Positions 45,379-53,582 of a stretch of DNA of 64,000 bases are shown piece by piece. A program made the position numbers and the translations under genes. The stretch's first letter is position 1. Each line of letters begins with the position of its first letter. The notes beneath the pieces are model-generated. The model saw only the letters and a program-made list of their open reading frames with translations. It did no database searches and was not told the DNA's origin. The stretch is from an uncultured virus (IMG/VR IMGVR_UViG_3300047440_000469) (lineage: Duplodnaviria > Heunggongvirae > Uroviricota > Caudoviricetes): IMG/VR virus record IMGVR_UViG_3300047440_000469. One strand, written 5' to 3'.

Positions 45379-46009
45379 CGATGCCCCACAGGCAGGAGAC
45401 GAAGTCCTGCGGCTCCATCGCCGCCACGGCGTCGATCGCAACACCTGTGAGCGCGGCGATCATTCGCAAGGCCTTGACCTCGAAGAACGTCACCGCACCG
45501 CCGTCGCGAACGAGCGGCAGGCCGTGCGCCAGGATATCCATCGCCGCCGGCTTTCGCCATGTGAGTTCCGGGACCGGACCGGATGCGGTCGCCAGCGGCG
45601 CCGACAGGGTGCAGTGCAGATCATTGACGATCGAGAACACGATATCGCGTTGCGGCACCATGGCGCCGGCGCAGGCGGTGGCGGCCGCAACCCAATCGGT
45701 GGCGCTCATCTTCTGGATCGAGGGCAGCGGCAGCGCCGAGAGCGTCTCAAGCATCGCGAACATCTGCTGTTCGCGAAACGAAATGTCGGGCGGATCGACG
45801 AAGATGTTGCAGTTGAACGGCAGGCCGTGCCGGATGATGTCGGCGGTGGTGGGCTTGCGGAAGGTGAATTCCTTGACCGTGTCGCCGTAGGCCATGAACG
45901 GGGTTTCAAGCGCCCGCTTGTAGAACGGCTGCTCCTGCTCCGCTTCTTCAGCTTTTCGAGGCGTACCCGCAGCGGCAGCAGGCTTTTTCAAGCCGATATC
46001 TCCATGCAC
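45329..46009 (-). CDS. Tail assembly chaperone with two tandem gp41-like domains
   Basis: FTFRKPTTADIIRHGLP and LTWRKPAAMDILAHGLP; between tube and tape measure. Confidence 0.8.
   Translation of the reverse strand: MHGDIGLKKPAAAAGTPRKAEEAEQEQPFYKRALETPFMAYGDTVKEFTFRKPTTADIIRHGLPFNCNIFVDPPDISFREQQMFAMLETLSALPLPSIQKMSATDWVAAATACAGAMVPQRDIVFSIVNDLHCTLSAPLATASGPVPELTWRKPAAMDILAHGLPLVRDGGAVTFFEVKALRMIAALTGVAIDAVAAMEPQDFVSCLWGIAPFFVPRMEEPPPAAS
45368..45378 (-). other. Programmed -1 frameshift slippery site
   Basis: Minus strand GCC CCT TTT TTC contains C CCT TTT and T TTT TTC heptamers. Confidence 0.75.
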
Positions 46010-46353
46010 TTCACGCCCTCGAAGCGCACCCGCAACCGGCCTTCCCGGGTCGCGATCTCAAGGGCCGACTTGCAGACCGCCTGCTGCAGCACATAGGTCG
46101 TGCCGTTGGCGAGGTCGGCCTGCACCGTCGCGTTCGTCAAGGCCTCGATTGCCTCGGTGGAGAGGCCCGGGACGGTCGATATGTCGCCCTCGATGTAGGG
46201 CACCCGCGGCATTTCCGACCAGCCGTGCACATAGTCCTGGCCGGCGATCATGGTGCGCTCGGTGGGCGACGGCGATACGACGAAATTACCCTGCAGCGGA
46301 TACTGCGCCCCGTCCGCCTTGAGATAGGCAATGCCGGCGAAACGTTGTGCCAT
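45988..46353 (-). CDS. Tail tube protein (Mu gpM-like)
   Basis: AGIAYLKADG...G...HGWSE...PYIEG...VRFEG. Confidence 0.85.
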   Translation of the reverse strand: MAQRFAGIAYLKADGAQYPLQGNFVVSPSPTERTMIAGQDYVHGWSEMPRVPYIEGDISTVPGLSTEAIEALTNATVQADLANGTTYVLQQAVCKSALEIATREGRLRVRFEGVKCMEISA

Positions 46354-46372
46354 GGTGAGGTCTCCTGTGTTT

Positions 46373-47002
46373 TCAGATCAGACTGAGCGCCTGCTCGATC
46401 GACGTCCTGGCAAAAGCCGTGATTGCACTGTGCGGGCTGGCGTTGATGACCTCGACGCCGAGCGCATCGAGAGCGACCCTGGTCTTGTCATAGTGCCGGG
46501 CCCATGATGGCCAGCTTTGCAGGTCCGCCAGGCGGTGCCAGGGATAGTCGTCGTGGTAGTGATCGGCGCCGTCGACGAGGCTGTAATCGTATCCCAGCAG
46601 GATGATGCGGCGGGCGCGCTTGAGCGCCGCCAGGTTGAGCGCCGCATGACCGCTGGTGGAGCCGTGAAGCAGATGCAGGTCGGCCGACAGCCCCCCGCCG
46701 GTGCGGTTGGCGAGATGAATGCAGCCCGGTAGTTTGGCTTCCCACGATCCCGGCGGGCGGGCGAGATAGAGCGGCGTCGAGCGCGCCAGGAAGGCACGAA
46801 TGCGGTCTTCACGCTCGCGCAGGAAACGGCGGTCGATGGTCACGCCGGCGCAGCACTTCACATGGAACATCGCGTGATTGACGGCGACTATGTGCGCGTC
46901 GAGCGCATCGAGCCGCGCGAAATCGAAACCCTTGAGCGAGGCGCCGCCGCCGATCAGCACCACCGGCTTGTCGGACCACCACGGCGCGTCGACGGTGCCC
47001 AT
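46373..47002 (-). CDS. Maf/DUF115-like (sialyltransferase-fold) protein
   Basis: LIGGGASL...VAVN...SGHAALNLA...IILLGYD. Confidence 0.7.
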   Translation of the reverse strand: MGTVDAPWWSDKPVVLIGGGASLKGFDFARLDALDAHIVAVNHAMFHVKCCAGVTIDRRFLREREDRIRAFLARSTPLYLARPPGSWEAKLPGCIHLANRTGGGLSADLHLLHGSTSGHAALNLAALKRARRIILLGYDYSLVDGADHYHDDYPWHRLADLQSWPSWARHYDKTRVALDALGVEVINASPHSAITAFARTSIEQALSLI

Positions 47003-47004
47003 TC

Positions 47005-47586
47005 TCAGATCCGCATGAAAGCGATCCAGGTGCCGTCGGCGTGCCTGATGTTGCTGCCGCGCTTCGCGAGATCGTGCAAGGCGGCAGGCACCCCGATGCG
47101 ATCATCGCCGTCCTTGTAATCGTGCCAGATGACGATACCACCCGGCCGTACACAAGCCAGTGCCAGCGCGGTGTCGTTCAAGACGCCGCGCCGGCTGTGA
47201 TCGCCGTCGATCAGCATCGCATCGCAAGGTCCGATCTCGTCCGGATCGATGTCGTGCGAACCGCGCGGCCGCACCATCAGATGGAACCGCGGATCGGCGA
47301 GCACGACCCTGCCAGGCTCGGCCGGAATCTCTTCGCGCTGATAGTCGAGCGGCGGCCGGTGATCGGCGGCAACCTCGATGCCGAGGTAATCCGCAATCGC
47401 CGGCGCCAGGCGCAACAGTTCGCGCGCGGTCTTGCCTTCGTTGACCCCGATCTCGACCACGCGCCGCGCATCGACTTGCGTGAGCAGCACCACGATCGCG
47501 GCGGTGTCGCAGGACGGCATGTAGCCGTTGCGCAGGCCGGCAAGATCAGGCAGGTCGAGCCGCTCGACGGGCAGCAGGAGTTTCAC
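47005..47586 (-). CDS. Class I SAM methyltransferase (Methyltransf_24-like)
   Basis: VVEIGVNEG, LIDGDHS, VRPGGIVIWHDY. Confidence 0.85.
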   Translation of the reverse strand: MKLLLPVERLDLPDLAGLRNGYMPSCDTAAIVVLLTQVDARRVVEIGVNEGKTARELLRLAPAIADYLGIEVAADHRPPLDYQREEIPAEPGRVVLADPRFHLMVRPRGSHDIDPDEIGPCDAMLIDGDHSRRGVLNDTALALACVRPGGIVIWHDYKDGDDRIGVPAALHDLAKRGSNIRHADGTWIAFMRI

Positions 47587-48353
47587 CGCCACACCGCCAG
47601 ATCGTCGCTGCCGTATTCCGGCCGAGCCAGCCATGCCATCACGCCCTCAACCGACGTGGCCTGCTGCTCTTCGAGTAATTGCATGAACCCAAAAGGTTCG
47701 ATGATTTCGCGGAACCCGGGCACCTTCGGCTTGTCGATCCGGCACAGTTCGAAGATGGCGGCAAATACATGGGTGCGAAACACGTCCGGGATCAGCGCCG
47801 CCAGCGCCTCGTCGTAGCCTTGCACATCGCTTTTGTAAAAGATCGGCCGCTCACGGGAGAGCCAGATCGCAGCCGCAGCCTGAATGCTTTGCATCCTGGC
47901 AATGATGACGTCGTGCGGCAGATCCCGCATGCACGATTGGAAGCGCGAATAATTGCCGGAATTGCCGGTTTCCCGGTAAAGCTCGAAATCCTGGTCGGCC
48001 TCGCCCAGCGCAGAACACCGCAGTGTCACCTTGTCGGCCCACGGCGCAAGATTGAAGACCGCGTCGCTGTAATTGGCCGGGTCGGGTTCATAGCCGAACA
48101 CGTGCTCGATATCGTCCGGCAACGCGATCAGCGCCATGCGAGAGAACAACCCGACATTGAGGCCGACATCCACCAGCGTGAACGGCCCGCGCCCGGCGAA
48201 CTTGCGCATGAACGCCACCTGCGCGGCGGCGTCATACCAGTCGATGCGGCCCTGCCCGCCCCACGGCCGGTCGGCGGCGATGCGGATCGGGTGACCGTCG
48301 TGGAACAGCGGCGAGCGCGGCCCGGCGTGACCAACCATGCGCTCAACTTCCAT
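47583..48353 (-). CDS. FkbM-family methyltransferase
   Basis: VDVGLNVGLFS, YEPDPANY, KSDVQGYD. Confidence 0.85.
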   Translation of the reverse strand: MEVERMVGHAGPRSPLFHDGHPIRIAADRPWGGQGRIDWYDAAAQVAFMRKFAGRGPFTLVDVGLNVGLFSRMALIALPDDIEHVFGYEPDPANYSDAVFNLAPWADKVTLRCSALGEADQDFELYRETGNSGNYSRFQSCMRDLPHDVIIARMQSIQAAAAIWLSRERPIFYKSDVQGYDEALAALIPDVFRTHVFAAIFELCRIDKPKVPGFREIIEPFGFMQLLEEQQATSVEGVMAWLARPEYGSDDLAVWR

Positions 48354-50496
48354 TTTTCTGCGCCTCCATCACGACCGTCTCGATCGCGTTCCACTCATCG
48401 CCGATCGCCTTGCCGTGACCGTCCACGCCCTGCAGTTCCGGCCACCGTGAAACACCTGGAGCACAATCGGCGAAGGGCGGCTCGAACCCGGCGAAAAACA
48501 ACGTCGCCTCGACCAGCTCGGCCGTCCATGGCGCCTTGTGGCCGTGGCCATAGAGGATGTTGTGCATCGCGCCGCGCACCGTGGCACCAATAGGCTGGAA
48601 CTTGGTGGTGAACTGGCAGTATTCCGGCGTCGCCAGCCGCATGATCTGCACCACCGAGGGGATGGCGACTCGCAGCACGCCGCCGGGCTTGAGCACCCGG
48701 TGGCATTCGCGCAGAAAGTCCACCGCCTGATAATAGCCGACGTGCTCGACGACGTGCTCGGCCAGAATGAAATCCACGCTGTTGCCCGCGACCGGCAACG
48801 GCCTGGTGATATCCATATCCTTGTCGTGATTGCGCCAACCCGGAAGGCGGTGGGTGCCGCAGCCGAGATTTAGTTTCACCTGATCTGCCACCGCGATGCT
48901 CCCGACGAATTCATCGTACATGGCCGGATCGTGCGCGTGGGTGATCCAGTCCAGTTTGCGCACCTCACCCGGCTCATAGACGGGGCGATAGCCGCGCCGG
49001 CCCTGCCACGGCATCAGCTTGAGCCGGTCGCCCAGGATCTGGTGGATCACGGTCTCGGGCGAGGGAAAGCGCTGCCGCGACGGCCAGTCGTAGCGGGCGA
49101 TGAAACCGGAATCGCGCAAGTAGCCGACGCGGAAGAACATCAGGCCGGTCTCGACCTCGATGGCAGGTGGCAAGCCCGGCACAGAGAGAATGGAAGCAGC
49201 GTCGACGTTGTCGGCTTGCATCTGCCGCACGATCGGCATCACCGGACGGCGAAACAGGCTGTCGCCCTCGATATGCACCACGTAGTCATAGCCGCCGTCG
49301 ATCGCGGCCTGCAGCCCGAAGCAGAAGGCGCGGCCCCAACCGTCCTTTCCGCTGCCGACGCCGAGATGGCCGACATTGCCGGCGAAGCTGTGAAACATCC
49401 GAAGTACGTGATCGCCTGCGACGTGTGGCGTGAAGCCGGCCGGCCGGAGGGTGCCGCGAAAACGATCAGCAGGTGTATCTACCAGCAGCACGTCGCAATC
49501 GCTGTTGAGACGGTCGGCGATGTTGAGCCAATGATCGAGCAGCCTGGCCCGGCCTGGGCGGTCGATATAGGTGGTGGCGAACAGCAGCACTTTAGGCATC
49601 GCCCCCACGTGCTCCGCGATAAAAGTTTCCATCCGGACGAGCGCCGGCGGCAGGCTGATGGTCTTGTCGCAGCCGTGGCGGCGATCGTGACAATCGCACG
49701 GCCGGTCCGGCTCGATCGGCAGGGTCGGCGCCAGATGGAAGCCGGTGCGCTGCGTCGTCTTTGAACTCTCATTGCCGCCATAGACGACGATCACCGGCGT
49801 GCCCACCGCCTGCGCCAGCACCGGGGCAAAGCCGGCGCAGGTGAAGGCCATCTGCGCCTCGGCGAACAGCCCCGCCAGCGTCTCAAAATCCAGTTCGCCG
49901 CCATGAAACTTGATGTCGGCTTCCTGCTCAGGACCGATGATCCATTCCTTGCCCGGCACCAGCCGCGCGACGCTGACCGTGAAGAAACGGCGGCGGCGGA
50001 TCGCCTGATAGAGCGTCGCATAGGCGTCGATATCGGGCGGCCGGTTCTTATTTGACCAGACCGTATTGGCGACCGCGGGACGGTAAACCATCAGCGGCTT
50101 GCCGCCAGGATTGCGCCCGGCGAGGAGCTCGCGCGCCTTGTCGCACCAGGCCTGCGGCACCGGCAGGCTGAAGTCCGGCTGGGGCGGCATTTTCAGCCCG
50201 GCGGCTGCAAATTGCGCCGCCAGGATCGAGCCATGCCGGGCGATCTTGTCGGCCTGATACCCCATCACGATGCCAGCCCGCGACTTTGACGCGGCGCTCG
50301 TTTCGCCGGGATCGAGTTCGCCGTAAAGGAAGGGCTTATGCTGGACCTGCAGGCCTTGCGCGATCAGGTCATGATACATCGCGCGATAGGGCGTCCGCAG
50401 CAGCACCTTGCCGGGACCCAGCACGCGCAAAACGGCGCGCTGGTGCAGGCTGTCGCCGACGCCCTGCATTCCTTCGACGACGATGAGGGGCTTCAT
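48343..50496 (-). CDS. Multidomain GT9-like + GT-A-like glycosyltransferase + SAM methyltransferase
   Basis: MQGVGDSL...LAQAVGTPVIVVYG; GYDYVVHIEGD; LNLGCG...AEHVVEH...RVLKPGG. Confidence 0.82.
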   Translation of the reverse strand: MKPLIVVEGMQGVGDSLHQRAVLRVLGPGKVLLRTPYRAMYHDLIAQGLQVQHKPFLYGELDPGETSAASKSRAGIVMGYQADKIARHGSILAAQFAAAGLKMPPQPDFSLPVPQAWCDKARELLAGRNPGGKPLMVYRPAVANTVWSNKNRPPDIDAYATLYQAIRRRRFFTVSVARLVPGKEWIIGPEQEADIKFHGGELDFETLAGLFAEAQMAFTCAGFAPVLAQAVGTPVIVVYGGNESSKTTQRTGFHLAPTLPIEPDRPCDCHDRRHGCDKTISLPPALVRMETFIAEHVGAMPKVLLFATTYIDRPGRARLLDHWLNIADRLNSDCDVLLVDTPADRFRGTLRPAGFTPHVAGDHVLRMFHSFAGNVGHLGVGSGKDGWGRAFCFGLQAAIDGGYDYVVHIEGDSLFRRPVMPIVRQMQADNVDAASILSVPGLPPAIEVETGLMFFRVGYLRDSGFIARYDWPSRQRFPSPETVIHQILGDRLKLMPWQGRRGYRPVYEPGEVRKLDWITHAHDPAMYDEFVGSIAVADQVKLNLGCGTHRLPGWRNHDKDMDITRPLPVAGNSVDFILAEHVVEHVGYYQAVDFLRECHRVLKPGGVLRVAIPSVVQIMRLATPEYCQFTTKFQPIGATVRGAMHNILYGHGHKAPWTAELVEATLFFAGFEPPFADCAPGVSRWPELQGVDGHGKAIGDEWNAIETVVMEAQKNGS

Positions 50497-50518
50497 CTGG
50501 CGGCAAAATTACTTTCCA

Positions 50519-52045
50519 TCACGCCGCGAGCGTGTCCAGACCCCTTGAATATTGGAGACGGAACTGCGCGAGCACGGCAAATATGCGAAGACCATTTATT
50601 AAGTCTGGGCCGTATAATACGTCGAGACGATCTTGGTTGCTTGAGTTTCTCTCCACGATCAAATTCGCCTTGAACGCATTGACGTTCTCCACCAGCCCAT
50701 TGAATTCATCGATCGAATACTGCACGACTAGCTCGGCCTTGATGACCTTCGGCGTGACGATGGCCTGGCCGGGGCCGAAGCGGGTGTCGTCGTCGGCGAG
50801 TTTGTGGCGCGGATATTTCGAGGTAATGGCGGCCTTCTGGTTGCGGAACAACCGCGCCAGGGTGGCGAGCGTGGTCACCAGCTCGTAGGCGTCGTCGCTC
50901 TGGCCGTATTTGTTGAACTGATAGCTGGTGCTTTCCCGCATGATCATCGGGACGCCGTCCGCGCCGGTTGCCTGGGTGGCGACGCCGACGCCGGCCAGGT
51001 TGTTGCGCTCGGTGATGAGGAAACGGTCGTGCTTGCGGGCCGGCAGGATGCCGTCGAGGGTCAGCGTCTGCAAGGGACGGGCGGGATCATTGAGCAGCGC
51101 GCGGGCGGCCTTGGCGGTGTAGGCGGCGGCGCATTCCCACATCGGCGACGGCACCTTGGCTTCCCAGCCCATCACGCTGATGACGCCGGAGTTGTTGTCG
51201 TCGCCCCACAATATCAGGTCACCGTAGGCGCCGCGTTTGGCGGTGAAAACGTGGCCGTAAAGTTCGCGCAGCCAGCCCCAGCGGCCGGTGTCTCCGAAGC
51301 CGTATTCCGTATCGAGCGCCAGCCAGGAGACGTCATCATTGAAGGCCGAGGCGACATATTCGTAGGGCTCGTCGCCCATGGCGAGGATGAGCGCGTCGAG
51401 CGAGGGCGCGCCGTCGCCGGCCGTCATCGCCCCATAGGTGAGCGTAAGCCCCAACGGCAGCACCTCGCCGCCGCGGCTACCGTAATAACTGTCGGTCAGC
51501 ACGATATCGTTGCCGGTCTCGCCCTTCCAGCGGCAGGTAACGTCGACCACGGCGCCGGTGGTGAATGCGAGCGCGGCGGTGACCGGCAGCGAATCCATGG
51601 CGTTGATGGCGGTGACGATGTTGGCCGCAACATCGGCCGCGTCGTCGTCAGCATTGACCCCGATGAGTACGCGCTGGCCAGCGATGTAGAGCACGATCTG
51701 CCCGGCGCTAGTGGGTGCGTGGCTGACCGTGATGGTGCCGGCGGCAACCTTTCCGGTCTCAGGCTCGACCACAGGCCCGGCCCAGACTTCCTGCGCGAAA
51801 TTGTTCTTGAAGAACTTGCGGAACATGGCGGCGAGCTGGCTGCCGGCGCCGAACAGATGATCGGCCTCAGCCTGGGTGCCGATCGGCACCGGGATATCCG
51901 CGACGCCCGCGCCGGTGGCGAGCATTTGCCCAATCAGCAGGCAGGGCAGGCGCGCGGTCGGCAGGCCTGCCTGCGAGCTGTCGACTTCGAGCCAGTACAA
52001 AGGCTGACGCCAGTTCGCGGGAATGTTGGAAAAGCTAATTGGCAT
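50519..52045 (-). CDS. Tail sheath protein (Mu gpL-like)
   Basis: ISFSNIP...LFGAGSQL...DPARPLQTL...ERNNL...KYPRHKLADD. Confidence 0.92.
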   Translation of the reverse strand: MPISFSNIPANWRQPLYWLEVDSSQAGLPTARLPCLLIGQMLATGAGVADIPVPIGTQAEADHLFGAGSQLAAMFRKFFKNNFAQEVWAGPVVEPETGKVAAGTITVSHAPTSAGQIVLYIAGQRVLIGVNADDDAADVAANIVTAINAMDSLPVTAALAFTTGAVVDVTCRWKGETGNDIVLTDSYYGSRGGEVLPLGLTLTYGAMTAGDGAPSLDALILAMGDEPYEYVASAFNDDVSWLALDTEYGFGDTGRWGWLRELYGHVFTAKRGAYGDLILWGDDNNSGVISVMGWEAKVPSPMWECAAAYTAKAARALLNDPARPLQTLTLDGILPARKHDRFLITERNNLAGVGVATQATGADGVPMIMRESTSYQFNKYGQSDDAYELVTTLATLARLFRNQKAAITSKYPRHKLADDDTRFGPGQAIVTPKVIKAELVVQYSIDEFNGLVENVNAFKANLIVERNSSNQDRLDVLYGPDLINGLRIFAVLAQFRLQYSRGLDTLAA

Positions 52046-52232
52046 GCTCTCGCTCCTGTTCTGCTGTCATATCGAGAATGACATCACCGTCGCGGATGCG
52101 GCGCATGGTGAAAGCGTCATGCGGCCACTGCGCCGGCCCCTCGGCGCGGAAGCCGCCGGCGCTGGGATGGCGCAGGACCTTGCGCACCTTGGCATCCTTC
52201 GGCCACACGCGGATCAACTGTGCTGCCGCCAT
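52035..52232 (-). CDS. DUF2635-like small tail protein
   Basis: LRHP...W..DAFTMRRIRDGDV; directly upstream of the sheath. Confidence 0.72.
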   Translation of the reverse strand: MAAAQLIRVWPKDAKVRKVLRHPSAGGFRAEGPAQWPHDAFTMRRIRDGDVILDMTAEQEREHAN

Positions 52233-52243
52233 GTGATGGTTCC

Positions 52244-52819
52244 TCACTGAATGATGTCCCATTGCCGCACGATCTGGATCACCTTGGTAGGATCGACGCC
52301 GGGCGGGTAGCGGCTTTCGATGTGAAGGACCTTGTAGTCGTCCGGCACGTTGGGCGGCCAATCCCAGAAATAGCGGAAGTGCAGCTCGGCGTAGATTTGC
52401 GCCAGCGGCACCTCGAGTGTCTGGGTGAACATGCGCCGCATCGCCATGCGGTTGATGCCGTTGTGAATGGCGTCGGGACCCTGGCGATTGAATTCAGGGT
52501 CATTGAGCAGCAGGCTTAATGCCCCGGCGAGATTGTTTTCGAGCGCCACGAACAGCTCGTCATCGTCGGAATCCACCAGCAGGATCTGCACGCCGACGGT
52601 GAGGTCATGTTCGAAGTGCGGTTCGCCCGCGACAGGCTCGACGTCGGGCGTGGCCAGGTCATCGCCCAGGAATACCGACAGCGCCGGCAGCTGGTCTGGC
52701 TGGAACTTGCGCATCCGAGTGCGCCGCGCCGTCTTGAAGATGGTGGTGTCGAAGGCGTCAGGCGCCGTCAGACGACTATAGACCGCTTCGTGAATCTGCA
52801 GTGCCTTGGAGGCGGTCAC
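52244..52819 (-). CDS. Tail terminator/completion-like protein
   Basis: DQLPALSVF; position between head and sheath genes. Confidence 0.6.
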   Translation of the reverse strand: MTASKALQIHEAVYSRLTAPDAFDTTIFKTARRTRMRKFQPDQLPALSVFLGDDLATPDVEPVAGEPHFEHDLTVGVQILLVDSDDDELFVALENNLAGALSLLLNDPEFNRQGPDAIHNGINRMAMRRMFTQTLEVPLAQIYAELHFRYFWDWPPNVPDDYKVLHIESRYPPGVDPTKVIQIVRQWDIIQ

Positions 52820-53193
52820 CGGGTCACCGGTTCGGGTTTTTCAAGCCGCAGGGTCAACGTCATGCCGCCCTGGCCGTCGACGTGGACGTCGCCGACGAGG
52901 TAGGCCAGCACGGGATCCTCGCCGGCCGGCGGCATGACCAGGTACTTGCGGTCGATGAGCACCCGGTCATCCTCGTTTGGCGGCACCACATATTCGGCAA
53001 GCCGGATGCTGAGCGTGGTGCGCTGATCGGAGAGGATCGCGCCATCTTCGAGCACGACCTCGGTCGGCACGCTCGCATAGATGCCGCGGCCGTCATAAGG
53101 CGCGCGGCCGGGCTGCGAGCGCAGCGGATCGATGACGATGGGGATGCCGAACACCGCCTGGGCAGGCGCCAGCACCAGCGAGGAGAAATCCAT
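52816..53193 (-). CDS. Head-tail joining protein
   Basis: VFG...RGIY...V..DGQGG..L.L; position. Confidence 0.68.
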   Translation of the reverse strand: MDFSSLVLAPAQAVFGIPIVIDPLRSQPGRAPYDGRGIYASVPTEVVLEDGAILSDQRTTLSIRLAEYVVPPNEDDRVLIDRKYLVMPPAGEDPVLAYLVGDVHVDGQGGMTLTLRLEKPEPVTR

Positions 53194-53525
53194 TATGGGT
53201 CGGTGAGTCTGACCTCACCGACCGCAGCGTTTGTCGCCTTGGTCGCGACGCATATTCCGATTCTGAGCAGACTTCCGGAATTCGTCGCGGTACAGGCGCC
53301 GGCGCCGTCGTCCCAATAGATCAGATCACCGGCCGTCCAGTCGTCATCCGTTTCGGCCGGTAGTTCATAGATACCCTTGGTATCGATGCCGACCGTGGTG
53401 TGAGCGTCAGCATCAGTACCGGCAACGCCGAACAGTGAACCGATCACGACGAGATCGCCAGATTTCACGCCGCCGGTCGGCGCTTCCACATAGACGATCT
53501 GGCCATATTGTTTGAAATTCTTCAC
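53193..53525 (-). CDS. DUF2190-family head decoration/cement protein
   Basis: MKNFKQYG...VKSGDLVVIGSLFGVA...GDLIYWD. Confidence 0.85.
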   Translation of the reverse strand: MKNFKQYGQIVYVEAPTGGVKSGDLVVIGSLFGVAGTDADAHTTVGIDTKGIYELPAETDDDWTAGDLIYWDDGAGACTATNSGSLLRIGICVATKATNAAVGEVRLTDP

Positions 53526-53582
53526 AGCGAAACTCCCGTTTAGCTAGAGGAGATTAACCGGTAACAGTCGGGTGCCGGCGAA

